A DNA stretch of 56,564 nt, filler included, from Dugesia japonica (Eukaryota), in the NCBI GenBank assembly GCA_001938525.1. It is 5 parts of 5 records of this genome, joined end to end, with 100 filler letters (N's around TTAATTAATTAA, not from the genome) between each part and the next. Parts side by side here need not be neighbours in the genome. Positions count along the whole stretch, not along the records: positions 11,161 to 25,913 come from MQRL01639992.1; 4 more parts are not named here. One strand, written 5' to 3'. Below, one piece after another: positions 11,950 through 25,490 of the stretch. The notes below the pieces were generated by a model, which saw only the letters and a list, made by a program, of their open reading frames with translations, did no database searches and was not told the DNA's origin. Each line of letters opens with the position of its first letter. The stretch's first letter is position 1. The translations under genes and the position numbers were made by a program.

Positions 11950-13100
11950 TAATTCACCATTAAGAAACTTAGCANAAAACGGTCAATGGGGACCACGCAA
12001 CTCTTTAAACATATAGCCTATCGAATTTTATGCAGAAAAACCAGAAGAATTTGTTGAATATTTAATGCATGCATATTTGTGCTACAGCATGTGGAAGCGC
12101 AGAAGCAGATTTGATTAAACGATTACCCATTTATTTGAAAGAATACGTACTGAAGTGTTATAAAAATATGAACAATAAACCGAATAATTGAGAATATCTT
12201 AAAAAAAAGTTAAGAAAAAGGAAAATAGTTCCAAGGGAATTAGAAAGAACTTGCATACAAAAATTTAGAGATAAAACACAAGCATAAAAAAACTGTGGGG
12301 AATAATATATCCATGAATTGACCAATTTAGCAGATCAAGCTTTTGATAAAGGAGATAATATCGGTCACATAATATAATTTCAATTTTTAAACGGGACACA
12401 TAATTATATTCAAGAAGCATTAATAGCAGCAGAATATAAAAACTTAAAATAATTAACATCTAAAGCAAGAAGAATCGAGACAAATAATTTAGCATAATGA
12501 GAAAACTAGTTAAATATACACAATTGAAAAAAACATTGAAAAAACCTCGTCGAACGAAATGAGAAAATCATATCCAAATCCTCAAAATAGTAGAAAAGAT
12601 CAAGATCTAATATTTCCATCGGATTATTACTTACCGAATTAAAGTAGAAACGCGAGAAATTATAACAACTATAATAGGAATGCAATTCCAGAAAGAAATT
12701 ATAAAAGAAATCTAAGCCCTAGAAGAAATTTCAATAACTATAACAGAAATACAAGCCCAGAAAAGAATTTTAACTGAAATACCAGCACATCAAGGATATA
12801 TAATCGAGATGACAGAAATTTCATGATGATGATAATCATAAGAGTCCGAGCCCATATTTTTAAAGGGAAGAAAGAGACAAATTAAACTACAAAAGAAAAA
12901 TAAAAGGTTACAATTGTAATAAATTTGGACATATGGCAATGGTATGTAGAAAGAAGCCAAGTGACTGAAGTAATTTAAAAAAAAAAAGTTGTATCATTCA
13001 GTTCAAAAACAAGAGAAACTAATGCTATTGAAATAATAAGCAGTGAAGGTTATGAAAACATGATAATTGACCTAGAAGATATGAAAATATATTCGAATAC
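11950..13100 (+). pseudogene. gag: Decayed LTR-retrotransposon gag
   Basis: PIEFYAEKPEEFVEYL capsid-like start, RN(L/T)SP repeats near 12700, and knuckle (G)YNCNKFGHMAMVCRKK at ~12907-12960. Strong A-rich coding-strand skew. Confidence 0.6.
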
Positions 13101-14434
13101 CAACGAATGATGGAAAGACAAGAAGAAAAAAATGAATATCAGATAGGTGTGTGAACCAGTAAAAGTGGATTTGGATGCGATCGACGAAAGAAAACAAGAA
13201 ATATTGATTGAAAATTTCAAATTAGAAATAACGAAAGAAAGAACTAACGAACTAATATTTTTACAATATCTAAAGGATATCAGGAATTCCTATTAATTTT
13301 CAAAATATCAAACCAATAACAATTACTCTAGCAAAACATTGAAGTAAGATAGAAATATCAGAGAATTTTGATGCAATAGACAAAATATTTCAAATGTATA
13401 GGGATTATGTAAAGAAAAACAAAAATTGGCAAAAGCTTTTAAATTTCAAAGTGACAGTAGAACAAGACGATTTTTCTTTGACAGAGTAGAAATAAATTAT
13501 GCATGAATGTATGTAAACAAATAAATTATATAAAACAGTGAAAAGATATTGGCCAGTATTGCTACAAGCAGAAGATGTGATACAATTGTCATTATACAGA
13601 ACTTAACGAAAATAAAGCTCTAATGAAATATGAAACCATTCCAGGTAATATTAACATCATAAAAGCAACAATAATGAAGTATGTACTACAAATACTAACT
13701 AATGACAAAACAACAATCAATGAAAGAAATTTTAAATCTAATGGTACTAGCAGATAAAGTGAAGGAAGAAAGATTGAATTAACAAAGTAATGAAAATATG
13801 AAATCCAACAATAATCTACATGTTATAAAAAATAAAAATGATGATCCAATCATTGTTGCAGTAAATCGGTGTAAAGTAGCAGAGTCAGAAATTGAACCTA
13901 AGAAATAACATAGATATGTTGGGCTAGAATGAGAAAACAGCATAGAGAAATATAGCAGAATGAAATATGATCTGTCTCAAAATAAGTACCAGAAATAGAA
14001 TCAATTATTTAAGAAGAGAAATGATTAAAATAATGGGTTAAATACAATTATATAATTAAAAGAAATAAATAGGGGCGAATGAATCAATAATAAATAGAAA
14101 TTGTTGGACCTAAAGAAAGAGAAAATAACCGGGAGAAAATGATAATTAGAACGATGAATTATATATTTTATTTATAATATATGAATAATATAAAAGTAAA
14201 AATATATTAAAATGTGTGATATCAGAACGAAAGTAATATATATTAGAAAGGTATAAGAATATTATATTAATTTATTATAATATATTAATTGTGCACGATA
14301 ATATTATCAGGAATATTATTATGAAAATCGGAAACGATTATATTATTATTTAAAGTTTGTAAAAATAATNNNNNNNNNNNNNNNNNNNNNNNNNNNNNNN
14401 NNNNNNNNNNNNNNNNNNNNNNNNNNNNNNNNNN

Positions 14435-14494
<60 letters not shown>
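14435..14494. repeat. (TAT)n microsatellite
   Basis: About 20 perfect units adjoining a gap. Confidence 0.95.
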
Positions 14495-14858
14495 GTGTTT
14501 TGATGATAGAAATAGTCTAATCAGAATTTTGTTTATTTATTAATTAAAATACAGAAAACGTAGCCAATAAAGTATAATGAGAAATCATCACGAAGCCTAA
14601 TTTTTTTTACTGTCACAACATAAAAGCAAACCATTTCTTCAACGTAACGTGTCATGTGATAAAAAATGAATTTGTTGTATTAATCATAGGCGTTTATCTC
14701 AATAGCTGGATGAAAATCAAGCACCAAAACAGAGTTCAAAACCGAATTGACAGCAATCATCAAATAACCAAGTGAATACACTTCATAAACTAAAATTAAT
14801 ATTTTCAACATACTTTTATACATAGAAAATAAGTAACGCCATTTAAAATAAAACTTTA

Positions 14859-14885
14859 TTGTTATATATTTCGACGGATCAACCG
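14859..14885 (-). ncRNA. Second hammerhead copy (3' half visible; CTGATGA half falls in the N gap)
   Basis: Reverse complement reads CGGTTGATCCGTCGAAATATATAACAA. Confidence 0.5.
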
Positions 14886-15444
14886 NNNNNNNNNNNNNNN
14901 NNNNNNNNNNNNNNNNNNNNTTCAGTCCGTATTATTCAAACAAAGATTAATCCGATTATACTGAATATAAGACGGCTATAATTCTTAATTAAGAAGAAAT
15001 ATAAAGTTGGAAAAAAGAAGAAGAAATTATATTGTCAAGAATTTGACAATGGTGAGATCAGCTCTGTATGAAGTAAGCAATGATTTTGGATTTAATGTGT
15101 ATTAATATGGCTATTTTCTTGTCTAATAATTCAATTCATTATAAAATTGTATCACAGAATAAAAAACTTTTAAATCTTAGGTAATTATTTGGTATTTATA
15201 AGTTTGATGTTAGAAATACTATTTTAAATTTTAGCAATATTAATTTAAAAACGTCTTTGATTTTACAGGTAGCAGTAATAAAATATTATTATATAAATTA
15301 ATTTTTATTGAAAAATTGTTTAAAAATTTTCAAAATTAAAAATTATTTTTAAAAATTAAGAACTATAGCCGACTTATATTTAGTATAATTGCATTAATCT
15401 TTGTTTGAATAATACGGACTGAATAAACTCATTTTTTTTCATTT

Positions 15445-15485
15445 TTGTCTGATGATGACGATTGATCCGTCGAAATATATAACAA
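15445..15485 (+). ncRNA. Minimal type I hammerhead ribozyme
   Basis: TTGT-CTGATGA-T-GACG(ATTGATC)CGTC-GAAA-TATA-TA-ACAA: complete core, stem II GACG/CGTC, palindromic minimal stem III, AUA cleavage triplet, stem I TTGT/ACAA. Confidence 0.75.
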
Positions 15486-16205
15486 TATAGTTTTATCCTA
15501 AATGGCGTTACTTATCTTTTATTATTTTTGCATATTTTATAAATAAGTTCAGAATATCAAATTTGCTAAATAAGTTCAAAATGACTACCAGCCACCATCT
15601 GATATTATAGTAACTTTAATCAGTGTAGATGTTTCAACTTTATTTAATCAGTTTTAATACTCGATTTTATAGTTCAATATCAATTTAAAATTTATACTTT
15701 ATTATATTTTAATCATCATCAAGCCCATTTCAATGAACTTATTATCAAGGAAGTTGAAATAGTAAGCAGATAAATCAGCATGACACCACTAATCTGATTG
15801 GTCAAATTCAACACCCCTGCTGATCGATATAGTGATTTTTGATCTGATTAACTATTGATTTCGGATGTGATTGATTTATTAAAAATTTTTGATCGAATCA
15901 AAATCGAAAATTATTTTTATTTTTGCTTAAATTCATGGGAAAATTTTGTGGAAATTTTAAATTTTGTTTTAATTTTTTAAAACTTTTTTTATGAGCAAGT
16001 GCACATTTGGGTGCAATGGGTTTGGTACTATTGTGTTGATGTACAGAGTACACAGCATGCACAACACGCAGACAAAGAAAATGCCATGCAAACATAACAT
16101 CACAGAAAATTTTCAAATCAAGCAATCCTCAAAGTCAATCCAAAATCAGTCAGGACAGTTCAATTCAAATCAATTCATCATCAAACCTCGAGCAGATCTC
16201 CAAAC

Positions 16206-16300
16206 ATTCATATTGATATTTTTTATCTAATGATTTGACTCTAATTCATATTGATACTGTTTATCTAATGATTTGACTCTAATTCATATTGATATTGTTT
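16206..16300. repeat. 38-bp tandem repeat, ~2.5 copies
   Basis: Unit ATTCATATTGATA(T/C)T(T/G)TTTATCTAATGATTTGACTCTA. Confidence 0.85.
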
Positions 16301-18819
16301 TAGTTTTATTTTGCGGTGTATTATATTAATTTGATTCAGTTTATTTTGACTGTGTATTTTAGATTTAAATTTTATAAAAGTAATTTTCAATCTACTATAT
16401 ATTTTGAGAGTAGTTTTTAATTTTGGTTAAAAGAAAATGAAAATTAATAGAAATTAATACGGTGTATTAAAAGAAATATTATTTTTATAGAATTTTATTT
16501 ATAATGTAATTAATTTAAAAAAATAATTAATCAAAAAAGGTAAATTTGTATAAAAAATATTAAGTTTTATGTATGTAATGTAAGTGTATGTGATTGGCAA
16601 ATTCAGTATAAATACTGAACTAGTTCGTTGTAAATTCAGACATCAAATTACTGAACACTCCAACCTCTTCGGGCGGCAGCAGTTCGGATAATTAAAATTT
16701 AGCGCTTTGTACTATACTTGAATACATAAAAATATAAAGTTTTATCAAAAGGTTGTTATTCATTTATTTATATAAGAAACTCTACAATATATAACTATAT
16801 TTATAGCATTGAATATTGATTATATAATATTGTATTTACAAATACATCAACACTCATCAAATCACAAAGCAATTATTTACTACGAACCATAAAATCTTTT
16901 GTTGATTTAGAATACCCAACAATTGTGTGAGTAAGTAAATATTGAAAAAAACGAAATTTGAGACAGATTGTGTGTTTANGTGTGTGGATTATTGATTTTT
17001 GGGTTTTAAGGGTAGACTTGACCGTGGCCTCAAAATCAGTCTATACATTGCAAAGGTAATTATGGTCTAAAATTCGCCTAAGGGTTACAGACTTAGGTCA
17101 GCATGACACCACAGTGATGAGTTATCGCGCCCTTTTGTTTACAAGAATGTGATGTAATAAACTTTGTTGAATTCGGGTCACTTTAGGTTTTGTGCAAAGA
17201 TTGGGTGTCAGAGTAGGTGATGGTGTTGAGTTTGGGTTGATATTTTGGATTATTGATTTATTTTTTTAGGGCTGAATGTTAAAGGTTTGTAAGTAGTGTA
17301 AGTAGATGAAGAAACTTTTGTTGAGGTTTGCTTGACTTTTTTGAAATAGATGGAAGAACGGGAAATCCGAAAAGTATGGTTTTGATTTTTCAAGAGTGTT
17401 GCAAAAGTGAGTTATAAGTATATTTTAAGGGTTTGTGTTAGTTTAAAAATTATTAGGCATGTGATTTTTGGATGATTGTATGTTGCACATGTGTTGCGCT
17501 TGTGTTGCATCTCTATTGCAGTAATAAATATTTTTACATATTTTTTATTTACTACTTATATAAAGAAACATTTATTTACAATAATAAATATTTATTGTTA
17601 CAACATTTATATTTGTGTTCTTCATCTTCAGTTTTTTGTTCCTCTGGAGAATTTTTCATTGGTTCCAGGTATTTTTCTGTTTATTCTAGAAAAAAAATCC
17701 GTTTAAACTATCACGATGTATAATGAACAGAGCAGAAATCTTAAAGATTCATTACAATCTGGATCCGTTTATGTCTCCGATGACAGAAATCTCAAACAAT
17801 GAGATCTTATTATATTGATACAAGTTGAAGTGAAAAATGCAAGGACTTCATGCATCAATAGAAATATAATTTCCGGATAGCTTAGTTGTTTTGCGCAAAG
17901 AAGAATGCAAAGAAAAATTGAAATTCAATTCAAAGGAATTAGAAAATATGAAATTTCGTATGAAAAATCTTGTAAAGTTTTTTAAGCTTAATCCACCAAC
18001 AGATGCAATTGAAATTTATAAAGAAGAGAAGAAAAGAATTACAAACAGATTAAACTTTGATTGTGCATATAAAAGCCCAGAAATAATTGATAGCACAAAA
18101 GCTAATATCAAAGTGCAACCTTTATCGATAGCTTTAGGAAAACAAAGACAATGGTAAGTTATTAGAAATGAAAACAATGGTAATTTTATTATTTATTTTA
18201 AAAAAAGTATTAATTATTAGTTTAGATCNGGTCTGTCAAACAAAATTTGCAAAGGATCATGCAGTTTTATGGTTATAAAAAACATTTCTTTTCCTGTGAT
18301 GTCATTTGTTGTTATTTTAATGTAATGTTATTTATCAATAAATCTTATTTATCATAATCTTGTTTTTGAACTTTAAATTTTTAATTTAAACTTAAAACTT
18401 TATTACCTTGCTTAATTGATGCAGATAATTTAAATGTTGTATCAGGGTAATTTAATTCAATATTTTTAACCATTTGTTCTATTACCAAATCTAAATTCAT
18501 GATAATAGAACAATAATTTTTTTATTTTGTTTGTTTATATAACATGCTCATGACATACATAAAGCATTAACATGTCATATATAAAAATAATATTTTATTA
18601 TAAAAATAACAATAATGATAATAAATAACATATTTTTTTATAACATATCACATATATGACCCGAAAAATGGCCGGTTTAGCGTCCAGATATACATACACA
18701 GATTTCTTCTTTTCTAAAATATAAAGAATTAATTAATGTGATAAAAAAATAAATAAATACCACTTATTTTTCAGATGTTCTTCCTGTGACTAGATTTTTG
18801 GTTTTATGCGAAAAAGATT

Positions 18820-19590
18820 TTTTTATAGTATCCATAAAGTACATTTTCATTAAACGAACATCTCTTGTCATCATTATTTGATAAAGCTATTTTCTTCGAT
18901 CTTACACTAAATTAATTGGTGATTCTTACTGGGGATCCGAAATTGATCTACATAGACCGATTGATTCTCATTGGAACAGTCAAGGTATGACTGATGAGAA
19001 ATGTTTGTGTTTTTTAGTATTATGCCTTTAGCTTTCATATTTGTCTTTTCGCTAAGCTATACTTATTCCTCCTTTTCGCATCCTTAAACTTCTNAATGAC
19101 AGAATTTAACATATTACTATACAGTGGATGTTCTTTACTATATTTTGATGTATCCAACAATTCATCTTTTATCATTAATGATAAAATATTTTCTAGTTTT
19201 ACACCAATTATTTTCTGAAAAAAGGTGTCAGTATCATCAGCTACAATATTAATTGTACAGTTTTCTTGTTTTCTGTATTTATAGAACTCAATATACTATA
19301 GCTGGTACATTCGTAATTTGCTCAAGTCAAGCACTGCTTGGCTAATGAACCTAGGTTGATCTAAGAATACTGACTCTTTATTCATCAAAACTGCAATAAG
19401 GTCCTCATAAATCTTGATAAATTTCTGGAAGCTGGGTTTTGATGCATATGTTATCAAATTCTTACTTGTATTGCATAATCGAAAATCCACTGTTCTTCAG
19501 ATTTTCAAACAATTTTCCAAACAAAATGTTGTTCAAAAGTTTGTAATAATTTTTCACAAGCTTGGTATTACAAACAGCTCTTAATGCAGA
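18820..19590 (-). pseudogene. polB: Polinton protein-primed DNA polymerase B, C-terminal part
   Basis: KNYYKLLNNILFGK (KxxxNxxYG), LDQPRFISQAVLDLSKLRMY, ADDTDTFF (YxDTDS), LDTSKYSKEHPLYS, MKAKGI, KKIALSNNDDKR. Confidence 0.9.
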
Positions 19591-21945
19591 TTTTTGTTTT
19601 ATTATTATTTTATTTATTTAGAAAGAACTCAATTTGATAAAGTTCTCGGGCGTTTTTAGACTAAACAGAGTTTAGTTTGGAATTGAGGGAAATGTAGCCT
19701 CATTATATGATCTAAGTAAATGAGATGGCTCACTTTGATTACTTTTTCGATTGATATTTGCGAGATCTTCTTTATTTCATTTGATGTTAGACCAATACTT
19801 TTGAGAGCCTTTTGATTGAAGGTGTTTCCAAGAGCCTAAGGTGCTAATAACAAGAGAATCAAGTGTAACCTCTTTGTGGGACTTTGAGCTAATTTTGGCT
19901 TTAATGCTCTCATATTTTTTTCTATTATTTTCTCTAACTTTTGCAAAGCCTTGTAATGAATCATATGGAACCTTGATGCCAAGAATATAAAATTTTCCAT
20001 TTATGTGGCTCTTGATGATGGGATCAGGTCTGAGCTTCGTTGTGAAGCCTTGTGGACATAAACCCATTTCTACATCAAAGTTCCATTTTCTAAGTTGAGC
20101 TGCAATCTTTTCCATAACACGATTGTGTTTATCGCACTTTTTATTCCTCATGGCTGAGTAGTGGTTGAATATGTGTGTCAGCTTCAGTACCACATTGTCT
20201 GCAGTCAATTGGCATGTTGCTCTTCAGTCTATATAGATTGTAGTTGGTTCTCAGAAGATTGCTTCTTGCTCTGACAACGAAGTGCTTTCTCTAATTTTTA
20301 TAATGAAAGGAATCATATTTGGTTTTAAGCTGGTGTGACTGGATGTACAAATTTCTTTGATATGATTGTTGACCAATCAACAATTTGATTTCCTGTCTAT
20401 ATTGCTTAGTATCTGGTACAGTGAAATTTTTGTTATTGAGGAGACATTTTGTAAAATGTATCACAAAAATCCCACAATCATGGTCACCTCTTTGAGTAGG
20501 ATGATTGTATGATGTTTTAATTGTAAGGTTGATGTTGTCTTTATAATAGCAAAAATTGGAAATTATTTTTTAAGCTTACCATGAAGATCTATCTGTTCAA
20601 CTGAGAGGTATGTTGAAGCTGGATCAATCAGAATGGATTTACCTTTATCTTTGTTTGCATANNNNNNNNNNNNNNNNNNNNNNNNNNNNNNNNNNNNNNN
20701 NNNNNNNNNNNNNNNNNNNNNNNNNNNNNNNNNNNNNNNNNNNNNNNNNNNNNNNNNNNNNNNNNNNNNNNNNNNNNNNNNNNNGATATGTGAATTGATG
20801 AACAGAGTGTATTTAAGACAAATTTCTTGAGGTAGGTTTCAATGACATGGTTTCTTGGTCATAGTTGCGAGGCATCCGATTCAAAGAGTTGAAAATATTC
20901 AGCCTTGTTTGATTCAGTTGGTTGATCCTTGCAAGCTTATAAGTAGTGGATTAAGTTTCCGAAGTTAGAACTGTAACCACATTTACACAGAATAATATTG
21001 TCAGTGTCTTTAAGATCATTTTGAGGTGGATATTGAGATGTTCCTTGATATTATTAATGTTGTCTATATTGTTGAAGGATGTTTTAAAACTTTTCCGTTT
21101 CTTTGCAGAGTATTTGCAAAATTTTCATTTTTATTGAAATTTTCAAAATTGTTTGAATTTTTGATCTATTTTTTAATATTTTCTTCATCTTTGTCTGTTG
21201 AATTTTTAAAATTGCAACTATTTTCAATTTTTCTCTCGGAATTTGTATTTTTTCCAGTGTGAAATTGAGCATAATTTTCAAATTTTCTTTTAAATCTTTG
21301 GTTATTTGATTTTTCATAATAATTTTTATTAAGAAAATTTTGAAATTATTCGATAAATTTTGTATCTTTTTTGTTGAAATTTTTGATACATTCTTTCAAG
21401 TTGATATTATTTTTAAAATTTGAACTTTTCGAAATTAATTTTATTTTTTCAAATTAAAATAATTTAAAGTTTGAGAGGTTCTGAGATATATTGAATCCAA
21501 TATTTTTGTAATTTTCTAATAAAATATTAGTGATATTTTCTGTGATGTATAAATTATTGAATTTTTTGGGTTAATGATTTTTTCATAAATGTCCATGATA
21601 TGGCCACGTGATAAGATTTCTATTTTGGTCTGTCCAATTAAAGCCAGAGAAATTTGGAATAGTGGGTGTGTGTTAGCTTCACTGAATATTTTATTGAAGA
21701 GTTCTGTGTCTATATTATTCATTTCAGTGAGGTTTGTAAGTCCTGATTCAAAGGAGGTGCTTTGATGACTTTGGCTACTATCAAAGTTCGACTTGAATTC
21801 CTGAATCAATTTATTAAAGTTTGAAAATTTATGTGTTAAACTTTGATTAGTTTTTACTATTTCACAAAAATCACTTTCCATACCTTGAATGGCAATGTGG
21901 ATAAATTCAAATAAGCGCTGGTTTGAGTTTTTACGAAACCTTTTG
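19591..21945 (-). mobile_element. RLE-type (NeSL/R2/R4-like) non-LTR retrotransposon, internally deleted, inserted in polB
   Basis: FVVRARSNLL, a decayed CCHC knuckle (LTHIFNH), KHNRV (RHN), LRPD..ILGIKVPYD (PD-D), RKKY, VISTLGSW. A/AAT-rich 3' tail at ~19591-19620. The 5' boundary is approximate. Confidence 0.85.
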
Positions 21946-23300
21946 GCATTTTACTACCTGGAGCACATTAATATTCTGCAGCTACTAGTAGATCCTTTAG
22001 ATAGTCATGGATTTCTTCAGAGATAACCATATCTACCTACATAGTGTACGATAACGCATCCAAATCCAACGTCTTAAATTCGTGTATTACTGATTCTAAA
22101 TTCAATGGCTCAAATATTTTGTGTGATATAGATTTCAATCTGAACTGCTGAAAGAAAGTTGCCAATAAATAAACATCCTATTTCAAATAACCAGACGGTT
22201 CTTACAATCAGTGATTATCCGAATTTCCATTGCCTTTTCATATTCTTTCTCTGTGATCTCATTCCATTTTGGTGGTATTTGTGCTGTTTCAACCAGAACT
22301 TGCAAACTAATTGCATAATTGTATGAAAATACCTCCTTTGACGTTGTAATTCTTCTATCTTTAAATTCATTTAACGCCAAAGATGTCTCTTTTAAGAACT
22401 TTACCCCTGAATCTATTGAAGAGTTTATAAACTAGTATGAATCTATAAACTTAATTACTGGTAATTTAGTTTCATGCACTATTAAGGATAGAAAATTTTC
22501 CGATGTTGTTGGAATGCAATTTAGGCTCCACTGCGGAAATGTATTTAATCCATATTTCATGATATGATGTAAATCATCCCTTTTAAATTGTGAAATACAA
22601 CAGGAAGTTGCATTTTCACACTTCTACTCAAGGTACATTTAGAACATGCTGCGCATAAATACTGAGCATTATAGTGATTGTGATCCTGAACTGGTCAGGC
22701 AATGTGTTCTTACACAAATAAAAATTTTTGGCGCAGCAAACGATATTTCTTCTTCTCTTGATATTACTATTGGCTTATTTTCATTCTGTTTGTAATATAA
22801 AGCCACCATAATTCTATTTATGTCTTGAATTTCCTTCAAGAAATTATATACATAGTTATCACCAATAAACTGTTTATATGTGGTTTTGTCAGTAAAACTA
22901 TTTACTAACAAATGTCCTGCTGAAACTGGCCTATTTCTTTGAAAATACACGTCATCTGATGGTAAAACTGATTCGAAATCAGCATATATGACAAATGGTG
23001 GTGTCATTGTATTTGAGAAATCTTTGAACTCTAAGTTTTTATCCGTTGTCACGATATATAATGTTGTTCCGGTTTGAATCTTCTCACAAATTACCTGATG
23101 CTTCTCAAAAGCTATTTCTTTTCTAAAACCGTTTAAACCATTTCAACACCATATTGATTGGATCCTTATACCATTGTTTTTATCATCAACAAAATAAATT
23201 TTCTCACCGTTAACCACAGTGAACCTATGGATGATATCTAAATAGGGATGTTTGAAAACATATTGATCATTATCTTTCACATCGTTTGAATTCCATGAAA
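21946..23300 (-). pseudogene. polB: Polinton pPolB, N-terminal and middle part (Zn finger, exonuclease, EndoVII-like insert, start of palm)
   Basis: PFVIYADFES (ExoI), DHNHY..LCAACSKC, CIPTTSENFLS..KFIDSY, KEVFSYNY, DVYLLATFFQQFR, VDMVISEEIHDYLKDL..APGSK. Confidence 0.88.
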
Positions 23301-24442
23301 GGAATTTGATTAAAAGTCCAGGATTTTACTTTTAAACAGTTGGGTAATCAAATTTTCTGGTAGTATAATTTGATTAGTATTCCAACTTGATATGTCGATT
23401 TTTATAATTTGGTGAGATCTATATAAGTTCCTTTCTAAAACGACATCTTCATTTGTAACACCTGAAAATTCATTAGTGTAGATATTTTTATTATAAGAAT
23501 TCTTTAGCGTGGAACGTTTTGCAAAATATGTTTTCTTTGAAATATTCATAAAGCATATTGTTTTCTTTAAACAATTCATAAAGCATAGATGTTTTTTTAA
23601 ATATTAATAAGCATAGAATATTTTAATCATAAATTTAAGTAGAAAAACATATCTTCTTCTTAATATCTTCGTCATAATAGCTTATATTTTGTTTACTTTT
23701 AAATAATGTTTTTGAAAAATGTATTATGTTAACTTCATAAAAAAAATAATCGAAAAAACAAGGTGCATCTGCATTCATTTCCTTGTCTCCTTCTAATTCA
23801 TACATCATTGCTGCAAAGTTCTTAAAAAAAATAATTAAAAAATTTTTAAAAATAAATATACTTTATTCATGAATGAATTGAAATTTCTTCCACATTATTT
23901 ATGCAAATTGTTATTCATTTATAAATGACAAATTAATATTAATAAAAAATGATAAATTTACTTTTTTAGTTCTGACAAAATTCACTCAAATAAATGAATA
24001 TTTTTTTAATTGTGATAAATAATTACTATTTTATCAGGGTTTGTCAAGTATCCAATGAGATACGAGTATATGTGTATGATAATAATATATTTCATAATTA
24101 GAATTTTACAAATTTGATTTAAAATAACACAACGTAATATGTATGAAATATTTAAAATTAATTTGAAATATTACAGATATATTACGTTATGGTACTTTAA
24201 ATCAAATTTGCCAATTTTGATAATAAAACGTGTCAAAATAATAAATAAATATACACGCAAGCACTTATTTTACATATAAAAAATAATTTTTTAAAATAAC
24301 AAAATGAATTATTGTTAAGCCGTAGTTGTATTTTATAAATTAAGTTTTATTAATTTGTATTGTCTTATTTAAAAATAATAAGAAAAAATCAATAAGAAAA
24401 AATTTATTTTTGTATAACAAATACAAATAAATGTCTCAATTA

Positions 24443-24770
24443 TAACGTTGTTTTTTAAATCATAATAAACAGTATTGTCCACATGTTGTTGTAAATGGAT
24501 CTTGATAACGAATTTTGTTGTATACAATTGGTTTTAATAATTTCGATAAGTGTGACACCAACATTGATGGATAATAAAATCCTAATGGTTTAAATACAAG
24601 TATTTCAGCCAGTTTATTGTAAACAGCTGTCCAATGTTCTCCGGGTAGATTCGATGTATGAGTATTGACAATTAAGGCACTGTTTACTGAAATATTATTT
24701 GGAAGTTTATTAACGCATAATCACCTAATCATGCTGATCCAAGCTTCATTGATGCAATCCGATAAATTTG
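24443..24770 (-). pseudogene. Adenain (adenovirus-type cysteine protease) of a Polinton
   Basis: ALIVNTHTSNLPGEHWTAVY...VFKPLG...YQDPFTTTCGQYCLL; catalytic His, Gln and Cys motifs present. Confidence 0.88.
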
Positions 24771-24869
24771 AATAGTACTATTTAAATAAAATCATTAAAA
24801 TAACAACATTTACTTCATAACATGTACCAATTACACAACAAATTGTTTACACCAATACTGTAAAGAACT

Positions 24870-25200
24870 GATAATTATCCTTTAAATCTTTTACTAGTAT
24901 TACATAATCACAACTCCATTCTTTTCTTTAAACTTTCGATCGATTTCCAATACAAACTGTTGTTCATCAATTTTTTGTAATTTTTCTCAAGCTCAGTATT
25001 ACATTCTGCTCTTAATGAAGTTCTTGTTGCAATGTACGTTTCGAATATACATGCTTCAGTAAATTCTACCGACTCATGAACCACTTTAACTTCAACTCCT
25101 AATATTAAGTACATTTGTAGACGTTTACAGTGTAATACATAATTTACCTTAGCGTAATGAGTTTACATTAGCTTTCTTTACGTTACTGCCTGATGCGCTT
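24870..25200 (-). pseudogene. polB: Second pPolB fragment (palm/fingers)
   Basis: KVNYVLHCKRLQMYLILGVEVKVVH...LRAECNTELEKNYKKLMNNSLY. Confidence 0.85.
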
Positions 25201-25239
25201 CGATGTTCTGCTGCTACTGGTGGAGCCTTAAAATAATCT

Positions 25240-25490
25240 CGAAACAATGTTTTAATTGGCAATAATCATATATCAAATCTGCTTGGAGAAAACTGGATAG
25301 CTGTTTAAAATAAATTTGCTCAAATACTAGTATTTTATCCATGAGCATTTTATTATCCATCAATGTTGGTGTCACACTTATCAAAATTATCAAAACCAAT
25401 TGTTTACAACAGGATTCATTATCAACATCTATTTACAAAAACTTGTAGACAACGCTGCTTATTATGGTAAACCAACAAAGCAACATAAAG
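25240..25490 (+). pseudogene. Inverted, more decayed second adenain copy
   Basis: Clear reverse-complement similarity to 24443-24700 (shared TTTTATTATCCATCAATGTTGGTGTCACACTTATC). GENW replaces GEHW, and there are stops. Confidence 0.8.

Larger units (their letters stand above)
14826..15520 (-). mobile_element. 5'-truncated Penelope-like element end with inverted pseudo-LTRs
   Basis: ~155-bp inverted repeat (14826-14980 vs 15363-15520). Each arm carries hammerhead sequence, and the spacer has a weak GIY-YIG C-terminal-like relic on the minus strand. Confidence 0.7.

Noticed and set aside
15775-17112. 15-bp direct repeat TCAGCATGACACCAC (15775 and 17098) as a target-site duplication
   Set aside because: No recognisable element or termini between the copies, so it cannot be supported.
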